Of a stretch of DNA of 64,000 bases, positions 1 to 9,352 are shown in pieces (the stretch's first letter is position 1; every line of letters starts with the position of its first letter). A program made the position numbers and the translations under genes. The DNA comes from an uncultured Bacteroidota bacterium (lineage in GTDB: Bacteria > CLD3 > SB21): NCBI GenBank assembly GCA_964602985.1, contig CAZRTJ010000007.1, forward strand, positions 15,094-79,093, given 5' to 3'. Under the pieces are notes generated by a model that saw only the letters and a program-made list of their open reading frames with translations, did no database searches and was not told where the DNA came from.

Positions 1-981
1 ATTGGCAAACGCTTCCAGCATCTCGACGTCGTTTTGCGAAAACAGCATGGTGGTGAGGTTGGAGCCGACGTACAGGACACCCAAGATCTTCTGATTCTTG
101 TTTCGCAGGGGAGCGCAGATGACGGACCGGATTTGGTTGGAGATGATGCTCCGTCCCTGGCGAAAGCGATCGTCCGTCTGTGCATCGGATGTCAGGATGC
201 TGGTACCGGATTCGGCCACCTGTCGAGCGATGGTCAGGCTGAACGTGGCCGAAGATGCGGAAAACTCGTCGGCTTCCATCTTCCGGGAAATGCGCGGCAC
301 CAATTCACCGGAAGGGTCGTACAACATGATGAATCCGCAGTCCGCATTCATCACTTTCAACGCCAGGTCGATAATGGTTTGGAGGAGTTGATCCTCTTCG
401 AGGATCAGATTGATGATCTTGCCAACTTCGTAGAGCGTATGCAATCGCTGTTGAAACCGCTCCGACTGCTTCAACTGGTCGTCCAGGATCTGAAACATCT
501 TTTCCAATTCAGTGATATTGCGAACGATCGCAGGCCGGTCCGGTGATTCGGAAATGACGAGTTGTCGTACAGATTTGAACAGATCGGAGAAGTGCGTGGA
601 GTCAAAGTCCTTGTAATCCAGATTCGCCACCTGGCTGACAGGGGCCTCGACGCCGTTTCGCGTTTTTTCCACAATATTCACGGGCACATTGTCATTGGCT
701 TGGAAGATGAATTCGACGCCACCGATGCTGATTTGATCGTTGTGTCCGATCGGTCGGGATTCGTTCAGCCGCACGCCATTGACAAACGTGCCGTTGGTGC
801 TGCCCAGATCCGTGAGGACGAAGGACTCCGCCTCCTGCCGGACTTCGGCGTGGTGAGCGGAGACCATCATGTTGGAAACGAGAATGTCGTTATCGGGGCG
901 TCGTCCGATTCGCAGACGAGCCTTTTCAAGGGGATAGCGTTGACCGGGTTGGTTGCGGTCAATGAGAATGAGTGCCGGCAT
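1..981 (-). CDS. FHA + GAF domain signalling protein (partial, runs off window start; C-terminal output domain not visible)
   Basis: Not in the ORF track. My translation from ATG at 981 (TAATG overlap with the upstream stop): MPALILIDRNQPGQRYPLEKARLRIGRRPDNDILVSNMMVSAHHAEV...DLGSTNGTFVNG (FHA motifs GR, S-x-x-H, NGT), then RLHTLYEVGKIIN...IRSVICAPLRNKNQKILGVLYV (GAF). The frame is open to position 1. Confidence 0.9.
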   Translation of the reverse strand, partial: MPALILIDRNQPGQRYPLEKARLRIGRRPDNDILVSNMMVSAHHAEVRQEAESFVLTDLGSTNGTFVNGVRLNESRPIGHNDQISIGGVEFIFQANDNVPVNIVEKTRNGVEAPVSQVANLDYKDFDSTHFSDLFKSVRQLVISESPDRPAIVRNITELEKMFQILDDQLKQSERFQQRLHTLYEVGKIINLILEEDQLLQTIIDLALKVMNADCGFIMLYDPSGELVPRISRKMEADEFSASSATFSLTIARQVAESGTSILTSDAQTDDRFRQGRSIISNQIRSVICAPLRNKNQKILGVLYVGSNLTTMLFSQNDVEMLEAFAN

Positions 982-1673
982 TACTTGCGAAACTCCCGTT
1001 GCGCTTGTTCGTACAGCGGTGTCCATACCGGATTCCCATACTCCGCCTTGTCGAGTGCGAATCGAGGATCGATTTTCAGGGCGGACAGAAACGCCTGCCT
1101 GGCCTCTTCGGGGCGCTTCAGCAATGCGTAGGAAAAAGCAAGCAACTTGCACGCCTGTACTCGATCTGGAACGGCGGCATCCAAGCGTTGGGCCACCAGG
1201 GTCAGATAGGAAAGGGCCGCTTCGTACTTGCGCTCCTTGTAGTGGCGCTGTCCCATCTGCAGCAACTCGGCGACGGGTAGTCGACGCAGACTGGCCAAGG
1301 ATCGGGCTCGTTCGTACGCGGGCATCCACGTTGGATTCCCCATTTCCGCGGATTCCAGCGCAAAGAGAGAATCCAGCTCGTATGCGCGTCCGAATTCCAT
1401 TTCCGCCAGTGTGTCTCTGCGCTGAATGGCGAAGACAAAAGCACGAACTTTGTGCGCAACGGTCTTTTGGCGCGCGGCAGCGTGCGGCGACTGAGTGAGG
1501 CTGTCCAGCGTCGCGAGGGCACGATCGTATTCACGAGATTTATAAGACGTGAGTCCGCGTTCGAGTAGCGGGTTCATGTCGGGAGTCCTCTTAGCGGAGC
1601 GCATCGCACAACTCGCAATGGTCCACGTGGCGGCAATTGTCCATAACCATCGTGTGAATCTACTTAAACTCAT
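981..1673 (-). CDS. TPR-like lipoprotein with two duplicated ~100-aa modules
   Basis: Signal ending in TIASC (lipobox-like); helical repeats; repeated motif EMGNPTWMPAYERAR / EYGNPVWTPLYEQAQ. Confidence 0.75.
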   Translation of the reverse strand: MSLSRFTRWLWTIAATWTIASCAMRSAKRTPDMNPLLERGLTSYKSREYDRALATLDSLTQSPHAAARQKTVAHKVRAFVFAIQRRDTLAEMEFGRAYELDSLFALESAEMGNPTWMPAYERARSLASLRRLPVAELLQMGQRHYKERKYEAALSYLTLVAQRLDAAVPDRVQACKLLAFSYALLKRPEEARQAFLSALKIDPRFALDKAEYGNPVWTPLYEQAQREFRK

Positions 1674-3813
1674 GTTGCAAGGTCGTCGTCGTTCCCGCCT
1701 TTACGGTGATCATTTTCCGGACGGGCGCAAAGGCAGGGTTCTCCAGTTGAATTTCGTACGTTCCTGGTTCCAGTGCGAGATTATCCAGGGGCGGTGTGGC
1801 GCCCTGATTGCGGCCATTCACAAACACAGTCGCCCATGGATCGACCAACAGCCGAACGATTCCAATCGAAGCCTGAAGCGACACGTGCGTCTTGGCCTCC
1901 CGGTTTTCGTCGACGAGCACGCGCTTGACTGAGAACAGTTGACCCTTTTGAATCCGGACCAGATGAACGCCTGCGGGGAAGCGATCATCCCGAAATGGGG
2001 TCACACCGATTCGTTTGCCGCCGGTGTATATCTCTGCGCCGGGAGGATCGCTGGAAACAACCAACGCGCCGAAAATGGGTTCAAGGGAAATCGTTGGACG
2101 AAGGGTGTCTTGGTCGTTGATTTGCAGAGGCCGGCTCAGGGAACGGAATCCTGTTTTCTGGAAAGTGACCTCGTGATTTCCGACGGGGATCATCGCAATT
2201 CCAGAGTTGCGTGTGGGCCGGTACGCGATTCCCTCGATGAGAATCTCCGCACCCTGAGGTTGCACACCGGCCATGGACAGGGCGCCTTTTCGGAAATCCA
2301 AGACGGGTCGCAACTTCCGCTCACCGCGTTTGCGCAAATCCAATTCGAGCGTCTTGTTGAGATAATTATCCCGACTAAACAGCAACGTGTGTTTGCCGGA
2401 CGGGAAGGGGATTCTATGGAGCGGTGTGTAGCCGATCAAACGTCCCGTGGTCGTCAAGACCCGCACCACCTCGGGCACTGACGTGACTGTGAGATAAGCG
2501 GTATCGATCCCTTCGGGTATGCGCACCGGGGCGAGTTGAAGTTCGATTTCGAAGTCCTTGTTCTCATGTTCAGCGAAGAGAAGTCTCGTCTTGTACGGCC
2601 GGTAAGCTTCATGAGACACGACCAATTCATATTCACCGGCGGGGATGTCGTTCCATTCCACTTTCTGATTGCGGATCTCCCGGGGAAGAGAATCCAACAT
2701 AACCGTTCCTTCGAGGATATTGGTTCGCAAAGTCAGGGAGGCCGTTCCTCCCGGCAACAGTTTCTTTTTCTCGCCGGTGGGACGAAGGAAAACGTATCCG
2801 ACCGCCAGTAGAAGCGCGACGGTCCCGCCGACAACCCAGGGATGTTTCCACCAGGATGGTTTGGCTGATCCGGACGGCTTGTCTGCCGCGGCGGTCATGA
2901 TCATCGTTGCCTGCGTAGGATCGTTTAGGATCATCGTCGCCTGGACGTCGGCAGCCGACATCACCTGCGTCTCGCTCATACTGGTCGATTTCAGGTGTCG
3001 ATGGGAGACGATATCCGCGGCCATTTCGGAGGCCGTCTGGTATCGATCGGCCGGATTCTTGGCCACGGCTTTTTGAATGATCAATCCAAATTGCGCGGGT
3101 GCAGACATGTTGACGACGGAGAGAGGCGTAGGATTCTCATGAACGACGCGGTACATCACCGTGGTGATGTTGTCTCCGGGAAAGGCCTTTTCGCAGGTGA
3201 GCAATTCGTACAGGACAGCCCCCGCGGAAAAAATATCCGTCCGATGGTCTATCAACTTTCCTGTGATTTGTTCGGGGGACATGTAGCTGGGGGTTCCTAC
3301 CACCATTCCGGTCATTGTAGCGGTTGAGGAGGAGAATTTGGCGATGCCGAAATCGGTAATCTTTGCGACGTTGGCCGTGGTGAGTATGATGTTTGCCGGT
3401 TTGATGTCGCGGTGAATAACGCCCTTCTTGTGCGCATAGTCCAGGCCTTCACAAACCTGCGTCATGATGTGGACGATATCGTCAATCGAGAAAGGATGTT
3501 TCTCCGCGATCAGCGTACTCAGCGGAAGGCCGTCGAGATATTCCATCGCGAAGTAGGCCAGGCCGTTTTCTTCTCCATAATTATAAATCTGAACGATGTT
3601 GGAATGAGAAAGAAGTTCGGCGGATTTCGCTTCTTGCACGAAGCGACGCTTGAAGTCGTTTCGTTGTTCTTCCGACAGCGCCGGATTGGCTCGCAAAGTC
3701 TTGATGGCAACGGATTTGCCGGTCGTTCCATCCAAGCCTTTGTAGACGGTTCCCATGGCCCCCTCGCCAAGAACATCCTCAATCCGGTACGGCCCAATGT
3801 GAGTGGGAGTCAT
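1660..3813 (-). CDS. Membrane Ser/Thr protein kinase (Hanks type) with C-terminal PEGA repeats
   Basis: LGEGAMGTVY, VAIK, HRDIKPAN, DFG, GTPSYMSPEQ; one TM helix; PEGA repeats (VVSSDPPGAEIY...IGVTP). Start set at MTPTHIGPY (3813). Confidence 0.95.
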   Translation of the reverse strand: MTPTHIGPYRIEDVLGEGAMGTVYKGLDGTTGKSVAIKTLRANPALSEEQRNDFKRRFVQEAKSAELLSHSNIVQIYNYGEENGLAYFAMEYLDGLPLSTLIAEKHPFSIDDIVHIMTQVCEGLDYAHKKGVIHRDIKPANIILTTANVAKITDFGIAKFSSSTATMTGMVVGTPSYMSPEQITGKLIDHRTDIFSAGAVLYELLTCEKAFPGDNITTVMYRVVHENPTPLSVVNMSAPAQFGLIIQKAVAKNPADRYQTASEMAADIVSHRHLKSTSMSETQVMSAADVQATMILNDPTQATMIMTAAADKPSGSAKPSWWKHPWVVGGTVALLLAVGYVFLRPTGEKKKLLPGGTASLTLRTNILEGTVMLDSLPREIRNQKVEWNDIPAGEYELVVSHEAYRPYKTRLLFAEHENKDFEIELQLAPVRIPEGIDTAYLTVTSVPEVVRVLTTTGRLIGYTPLHRIPFPSGKHTLLFSRDNYLNKTLELDLRKRGERKLRPVLDFRKGALSMAGVQPQGAEILIEGIAYRPTRNSGIAMIPVGNHEVTFQKTGFRSLSRPLQINDQDTLRPTISLEPIFGALVVSSDPPGAEIYTGGKRIGVTPFRDDRFPAGVHLVRIQKGQLFSVKRVLVDENREAKTHVSLQASIGIVRLLVDPWATVFVNGRNQGATPPLDNLALEPGTYEIQLENPAFAPVRKMITVKAGTTTTLQHEFK

Positions 3814-3920
3814 GTGTTGAACCTGGTCGCCATGCAGCAAAAAACTTATTGCAAAGGCGGGCCAATAGCAAGTGACGAAGCGGTTGCATCCTACCGGGAG
3901 TACGGTATATTCGTCTCTCG

Positions 3921-4775
3921 ATGGGCATGGATCGTGATCTTGCAGAAGGGTATCGAGTTTGTCACCGGATCGCGCGGGAGAGGCGTGAGAATTTCCTGGT
4001 CCTGGGACCTTTCACTCGCCCGGTCCTGCGAAAGAGCCTGGCGGCCTTGTATGCATACCTGCGTGTGTCGGACGACATCGCCGATGCCAACGGTGCGGTC
4101 GCAGAAAAGCTGAATCGCCTCCTCCAATGGGAAGCGTCGGTGCGCAGTTGCACCCGCGGAACGCCCCGTCATCCAATCCTCAAGGCGTTGCAAGACACGA
4201 TTCGTCGGCACGATCTGCCCATGGACATTGTGCTGGGTCCGCTGCAGGCGTTCAAGGTGGACCTGCTGAAGAGCCGGTACAGGACATTTTCGGAGTTGGA
4301 GGAATATTGCCGTTGGTCGGCCAATCCCGTGGGGGAACTGATCCTGCGAGTCTACGGTTACCATACCCAACCCTCGTGGAAGTCGTGCCTGCAGGCGTCG
4401 GACGCCATCTGTACGGCCCTCCAACTGGTCAACCATCTTCAGCACCTACTGCGCGACCGCTCGCTAAATCGGTTGTACTTCCCACTGGATGAGATGAACG
4501 GATTCACGGAAGACGACTGGATTCACGGCCGCACGGGCAACGGCTTTCCTGAGTTTCGCCTGTCCCAGCTGACGCGCATTCGCGCGCTTCTGACGGCAGG
4601 CCGTCCACTGATGTCTCTGACGAAGGGTTTGCTCTCTCGATACGTCAGAACGGTGTGGAACGCGGCCCACATGCTCGCAGACAAGATCGAAGTTCATGAT
4701 TTCGCTGGCTTCCCGGACGGGCCGGTTCGGACAAAACTCGATGCAATGAAATTGATTTGGCGGTCCTTCACATGA
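3921..4775 (+). CDS. hpnC: Squalene synthase HpnC
   Basis: RENF...LYAYLRVSDDIAD, YCRWSANPVGELIL, SDAICTALQLVNH; first gene of a hpnCDE cluster. Confidence 0.85.
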   Translation: MGMDRDLAEGYRVCHRIARERRENFLVLGPFTRPVLRKSLAALYAYLRVSDDIADANGAVAEKLNRLLQWEASVRSCTRGTPRHPILKALQDTIRRHDLPMDIVLGPLQAFKVDLLKSRYRTFSELEEYCRWSANPVGELILRVYGYHTQPSWKSCLQASDAICTALQLVNHLQHLLRDRSLNRLYFPLDEMNGFTEDDWIHGRTGNGFPEFRLSQLTRIRALLTAGRPLMSLTKGLLSRYVRTVWNAAHMLADKIEVHDFAGFPDGPVRTKLDAMKLIWRSFT

Positions 4776-5599
4776 TTACACCGGAGACGCGAAAGAGCCA
4801 TTTTTACCTGCCCATGCTGACGCTGCCGTTGGATCGACGCCAGGCCCTTTTGTCAGTCTATGCTTTTTGCCGACACGCGGACGATCTGGCGGACACGGCA
4901 AAAATTAGCGCAGAAGAAAGAGTTCATTTGTTGTGCGAGTTGGAGCAGAAATTCCGACAGACGTGGCGAGAAGGCACAGGCGGTGGATGGTTGCACGCAG
5001 TGGCGGTGGCGGCAAGGCAATACGATCTGCCGTGGGAGTGGTTTCAGGACTTTCTTTGCGGGATTCAAGGAGACATTGTGGGCTGGCGGCTTCGTACGGA
5101 TAACGACGTACGTGAGTATTGTCGCAAAGTCGCCGGGACGGTGGGGTTGATGAGCATTCGCATCATGGGCCGGCCGGAGGCTGAGGACTATGCGGTGGGA
5201 TTGGGTGAGGCGCTACAACGCACGAACATCCTTCGCGACTTTCTGGAGGACACACAACGCGGTCGAGTTTACTTCTCCGAAGAGCGACTGGAACGGTTTG
5301 GTTTGACACCCGATGCGGTTCTGCAAAATCCGGATACCCGTCAAACGTTACAACTGCTTCACGACGAGTGTATGCGAGTCGAGAAGCTCTATGACGCGTT
5401 GGAAAGGACCTATTCTGTACACCGGGCGAAGTCTTTGTTGTCCGCACGATTGATGCACGGGATTTACAAATACGTTTTCGATAGGATCTGCACGAACCCG
5501 GGATTGGTTTTTACCAAGCGCATCCGCATGAGTCGTTGGCGGCAGATGCAGACGATCAGCCGGATCGTCTTCAGAGAGTGGGGTCTGGGTTGGTCGTGA
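4772..5599 (+). CDS. hpnD: Presqualene diphosphate synthase HpnD
   Basis: SHFY...VYAFCRHADDLAD, YCRKVAGTVG, LQRTNILRDFLED..RGRVY; ATGA overlap with hpnC. Confidence 0.85.
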   Translation: MITPETRKSHFYLPMLTLPLDRRQALLSVYAFCRHADDLADTAKISAEERVHLLCELEQKFRQTWREGTGGGWLHAVAVAARQYDLPWEWFQDFLCGIQGDIVGWRLRTDNDVREYCRKVAGTVGLMSIRIMGRPEAEDYAVGLGEALQRTNILRDFLEDTQRGRVYFSEERLERFGLTPDAVLQNPDTRQTLQLLHDECMRVEKLYDALERTYSVHRAKSLLSARLMHGIYKYVFDRICTNPGLVFTKRIRMSRWRQMQTISRIVFREWGLGWS

Positions 5600-6795
5600 T
5601 CATCGGAGCCGGTGTGTGCGGACTGGCCACCGCATCGATGCTGGTCAAAGCAGGAGTCGAGTGCACGCTTGTGGAAGCCGGGTCGCGACCGGGAGGGCGG
5701 TTGCACTCGTTCCTCGATCACGCTTCGGGCCGGACCTTGGACAACGGTCAGCACGTTTTGGTCGATGCCTGCCAAGAGACGTTGGATTGGTTAGGTGAGA
5801 TCGGTGTGGCTGACTTTCCATTTGATCGCGTAACTTCCATCCCATTTCGTTCGACGACCGGCCGACAAGGTGTCCTGACGACCATGCACTCGCTGAGCCT
5901 TTTCACCGGATTGCTGGGTTTTGGATTACTGCCAATATCCGACCGCCTTCAGACGATTCTTCACTTCGTGCAATTACGTCGCGTACATGCGTCGTCATTG
6001 CGAACAGCGTTGCATGGATTTGGCGCATCCGGCGAGAGCATGCGGTACGTATGGGAACCCCTGTGCCGGGCTTTTTTCAGCCGAGACCTGGAGGAAGTGG
6101 ACGTTGTTGATTTCTCCCGACTTCTCGACGAATTTGTTCGACGCCCGACGCTGTTGATGCCGACAAAATCTCTGGAGGACACATTCATCCGTCCGGCGAT
6201 GACTTTTCTGACGCGGAATAGGGTACGAATTCGGTACGGTTCACGCGTAAGGAAATGGGTGGTTCAGAACGGGTTCGTCCGCCGAATTCTGTTGTCGTCT
6301 GAAAATGACATTCGATGCGACATCGTTGTTTCAACAATCCCTCCGCGATGCCTGGCAGAGATTGATGCCAATCCGATGGAAAGTCGTTCCTCGGCGATCG
6401 TATCGGTTTATTTTTGGTGCGACCATTTGGAAGCGCCTCCCGCGACGGCGCTGGTAGACTCCGCAGGACAGTGGCTGTTCAACAAAGGAGGCGGATTGTA
6501 TCAGGTCACCATCAGTCGCGCGGACCGATGGCTCGACTTGGCGAATGAGGAATTGATGGCACTCTTGGTCCAGGAACTGAACCAATGTGGAATCGCTGTT
6601 CCACACGGCGTGCGATATCGCGTGATCCGCACACGTCAGGCGATTTACCATGGAGTTGGCGCGTGCGCGTCGTATGCCAATCTACACGTCGGTGGAGACT
6701 GGACGAACACGGGTTTGCCTGGGTCGATCGAGAGCGCCGTTCGGAGTGCGCGTCAAATCACGAAGAACATCCTGCAGGGAGACATCGAATGCTAA
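5590..6795 (+). CDS. hpnE: Hydroxysqualene dehydroxylase HpnE (FAD-dependent oxidoreductase)
   Basis: VIIGAGVCGLATA Rossmann, GGRLHSF, DNGQHVL, GDWTNTGLPGSIESAVRS; start inferred (TTG 5590 or GTG 5596). Confidence 0.88.
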   Translation: MVVIIGAGVCGLATASMLVKAGVECTLVEAGSRPGGRLHSFLDHASGRTLDNGQHVLVDACQETLDWLGEIGVADFPFDRVTSIPFRSTTGRQGVLTTMHSLSLFTGLLGFGLLPISDRLQTILHFVQLRRVHASSLRTALHGFGASGESMRYVWEPLCRAFFSRDLEEVDVVDFSRLLDEFVRRPTLLMPTKSLEDTFIRPAMTFLTRNRVRIRYGSRVRKWVVQNGFVRRILLSSENDIRCDIVVSTIPPRCLAEIDANPMESRSSAIVSVYFWCDHLEAPPATALVDSAGQWLFNKGGGLYQVTISRADRWLDLANEELMALLVQELNQCGIAVPHGVRYRVIRTRQAIYHGVGACASYANLHVGGDWTNTGLPGSIESAVRSARQITKNILQGDIEC

Positions 6796-7247
6796 AGAAG
6801 GGACAACGGGTGACGGATTTTCGATTGGTGACCTCCACCGGAGCCGCCTTCGGTATGGATGAGCTGTCCCGTTATCGGGCGACGGCGCTGTTTTTCTATC
6901 CGAGGGACTTCACGACGATTTGTACCGCACAGGCCTGTCATTTCCGCGATCGGTATCGTGAAATCCAAGAGTTGGGCGGGAGGGCATTTGGAGTCAGTAC
7001 GGACGGGGATGATCGTCATACTCAATTTCGAGAGCGACACGCCTTGCCGTTTGAATTGGTGCAGGATGAATCGAAAACGCTGGGTCGCTTATTTGGCGTG
7101 TTGCGGATGGCGGGATGGTTTGGACATAAACGCGCGACGTTCGTCCTGGCGCCAGACGCCACTCTTCTCGACGTGATTCACAATGAAATGAACGCAACCA
7201 TTCACGCCGATCGTTTCATAGACGTCCTGAGGTCGCTGAAGGCTTAA
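6789..7247 (+). CDS. bcp: Peroxiredoxin, BCP/PrxQ family
   Basis: FFYPRDFTTICTAQACHFRD (CxxxxC); start reset to ATG 6789 overlapping the hpnE end. Confidence 0.88.
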   Translation: MLKKGQRVTDFRLVTSTGAAFGMDELSRYRATALFFYPRDFTTICTAQACHFRDRYREIQELGGRAFGVSTDGDDRHTQFRERHALPFELVQDESKTLGRLFGVLRMAGWFGHKRATFVLAPDATLLDVIHNEMNATIHADRFIDVLRSLKA

Positions 7248-9340
7248 GTCCGGTACATGCGGTCGCTGTATTCGGCGACCATGCGGTCGGTATTGTACAC
7301 CTGGATGAGGGTAATCATGGCCCGGCGAATGCGCTGGATCCACGCGGAGGGAATACCGTCGCCATTGCGGTTGAAGTAGGCGGGGAGAATCACCTCCGTC
7401 AATGTCTTGTACAATTGTTCTTCGTCTACCTTGTCCTGCGTTTCGACATCGGGGATGGAGTAATCCTCTCCGATGGCAAATCCATTCGTCTGGTCGTAGG
7501 CCTCACGCCACCAGCCGTCCAGTGTCGAGAAGTGCAGGCATCCATGGATGGCTGTCTTCTGTCCCGACGTGCCGCTTGCCTCGTGGGGCCGACGTGGGTT
7601 GTTGAGCCAGATATCGCAACCCGATATCATGTGACGGGCGACGTTAATGTCGTAGTTTTCCAGGAAAACAACTTTTCCAAAGAGTTGAGAGTGCTTGGTC
7701 AGTTCGACGATTCGTTTCACCGCCGCCTTGCCGATGTCATCTTTGGGGTGCGCCTTGCCGGCAAAAATGAACTGAACAGGGCGGTCGATGTCGTTACACA
7801 AGCGAACGATTCTTTCGAGATCCGAAAAAATCAGACCCGGTCGTTTGTATGCGGCAAATCGTCTGGCGAATCCGATCGTCAATGCGTCGGGCGAAAGGAT
7901 GGTGTCGATGAACTTACTGGCCGCAAACGTAGCGGCCTCTTGCACGTGGAGTCGCCGGCGGACAAACTCGACCAAGTCCCTCCTCAGGCCGTACCGAAGC
8001 GCCCAGATTTCTTCATCTGAAATAATTTCCGGATCGGCGACCCGATTCCAGAAATCCGGCTGCATGATGTGTGTTTCCCAGTCCTCTCCCCAAAATTTTC
8101 TCCAAAATTGCCTCGTACGATGTTGCATCCAGCTCAGAATGTGGACGCCGTTCGTGATGTGAAGGATGGGTACGTCTTTTTCCGATTTGTCTGGGTACAG
8201 TTCTTTCCACATGTTGCGCGTCACCTGACCATGAAGTTCGCTGACCGCGTTCGAAGCGCGGCTGTGCTTGAGGGCAAGGACGGTCATGCAGAAAGTCTCA
8301 TTCGGGTCGGACGGATGGACGCGGCCAAATTCCATCATGCGATCGATGGATATTCCGCTCATACCGGAATAATGCGCAAACGCAAACGCCATCAGGTCTC
8401 TGGAAAATCGATCGTGACCGGCCGGAACAGGCGTGTGTGTGGTAAACACGCACCGTGGTCTCGTCCATGCGATGGCGTCATCGAAACTCTTTCCGGAGAG
8501 CAGTTGCTCGCGAATCAGTTCAAATATGAGGAAAGCGCTGTGACCCTCATTCAGATGATACACGGATGGGTCGATATTCAATTGGCGCAGCAGTCGGACG
8601 CCGCCGATGCCGATCACCATTTCCTGACAAATGCGGGTGGTAATGTCTCCGCCATACGTACGTGCCGTGAGATGGCGGTACAGTTCCTCGTTATCGGGAT
8701 GATTGCTGTCAAGCAGGTAGACTTTGTTGCGACCGACAGACACTTCCCATGCCGCGAGGGTCACCATGGAATGTCCGATTTCCACCCGAGTGAGGACAGG
8801 ACTGCCGTTGCGATGGACCACCGGGCGAATCGGCAAACGTTCTGGCAAGTTTTCCGGGTAATTCTCAACCTGCGTCCCTTCGACGGCCACGGACTGCTGA
8901 AAGTATCCCTGGCGATAGAAGAGTCCAATGCCGATCACTCCCAGGCCCAGGTCACTCGCGGATTTCATATGGTCCCCGGACAAGATCCCGAGGCCACCGG
9001 AATAGATCGGCAGACACTCGTGGATGGCAAACTCCGGACTAAAATAAGCGACCGGATGGATGGACAACTGCGGGGCGTGCGTACGGCCCCAAGTTTTTTC
9101 GCGGGCCAGGTATTGGTCAAATTCGTCCAAGACGTCATTGGCCAGTTCGCTCAGTTCAGACTCTTTCAGTCGGGCGTGCAGTTCCTGATCGCTGACCCCG
9201 TTCAATACCGCGACGGCATTGTGATAGGAATCGCGCCATGTTTGCGGGGCAAGGGTCTCAAAAAGACTCTGAGCCTTGGGATTCCAAGCCCACCACAGAT
9301 TTTTGGCAAGGTCGTGAATGAGTTGTACGCGCTTGTCCAC
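7244..9340 (-). CDS. glgP: Alpha-glucan (glycogen/starch) phosphorylase
   Basis: YFSPEFAIHECLPIYSGGLGILSGD, TTHTPVPAGHD, GFARRFAAYKR, EASGTSGQK PLP motif. Confidence 0.95.
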   Translation of the reverse strand: MDKRVQLIHDLAKNLWWAWNPKAQSLFETLAPQTWRDSYHNAVAVLNGVSDQELHARLKESELSELANDVLDEFDQYLAREKTWGRTHAPQLSIHPVAYFSPEFAIHECLPIYSGGLGILSGDHMKSASDLGLGVIGIGLFYRQGYFQQSVAVEGTQVENYPENLPERLPIRPVVHRNGSPVLTRVEIGHSMVTLAAWEVSVGRNKVYLLDSNHPDNEELYRHLTARTYGGDITTRICQEMVIGIGGVRLLRQLNIDPSVYHLNEGHSAFLIFELIREQLLSGKSFDDAIAWTRPRCVFTTHTPVPAGHDRFSRDLMAFAFAHYSGMSGISIDRMMEFGRVHPSDPNETFCMTVLALKHSRASNAVSELHGQVTRNMWKELYPDKSEKDVPILHITNGVHILSWMQHRTRQFWRKFWGEDWETHIMQPDFWNRVADPEIISDEEIWALRYGLRRDLVEFVRRRLHVQEAATFAASKFIDTILSPDALTIGFARRFAAYKRPGLIFSDLERIVRLCNDIDRPVQFIFAGKAHPKDDIGKAAVKRIVELTKHSQLFGKVVFLENYDINVARHMISGCDIWLNNPRRPHEASGTSGQKTAIHGCLHFSTLDGWWREAYDQTNGFAIGEDYSIPDVETQDKVDEEQLYKTLTEVILPAYFNRNGDGIPSAWIQRIRRAMITLIQVYNTDRMVAEYSDRMYRT

Positions 9341-9352
9341 GGATTGTGTCTG

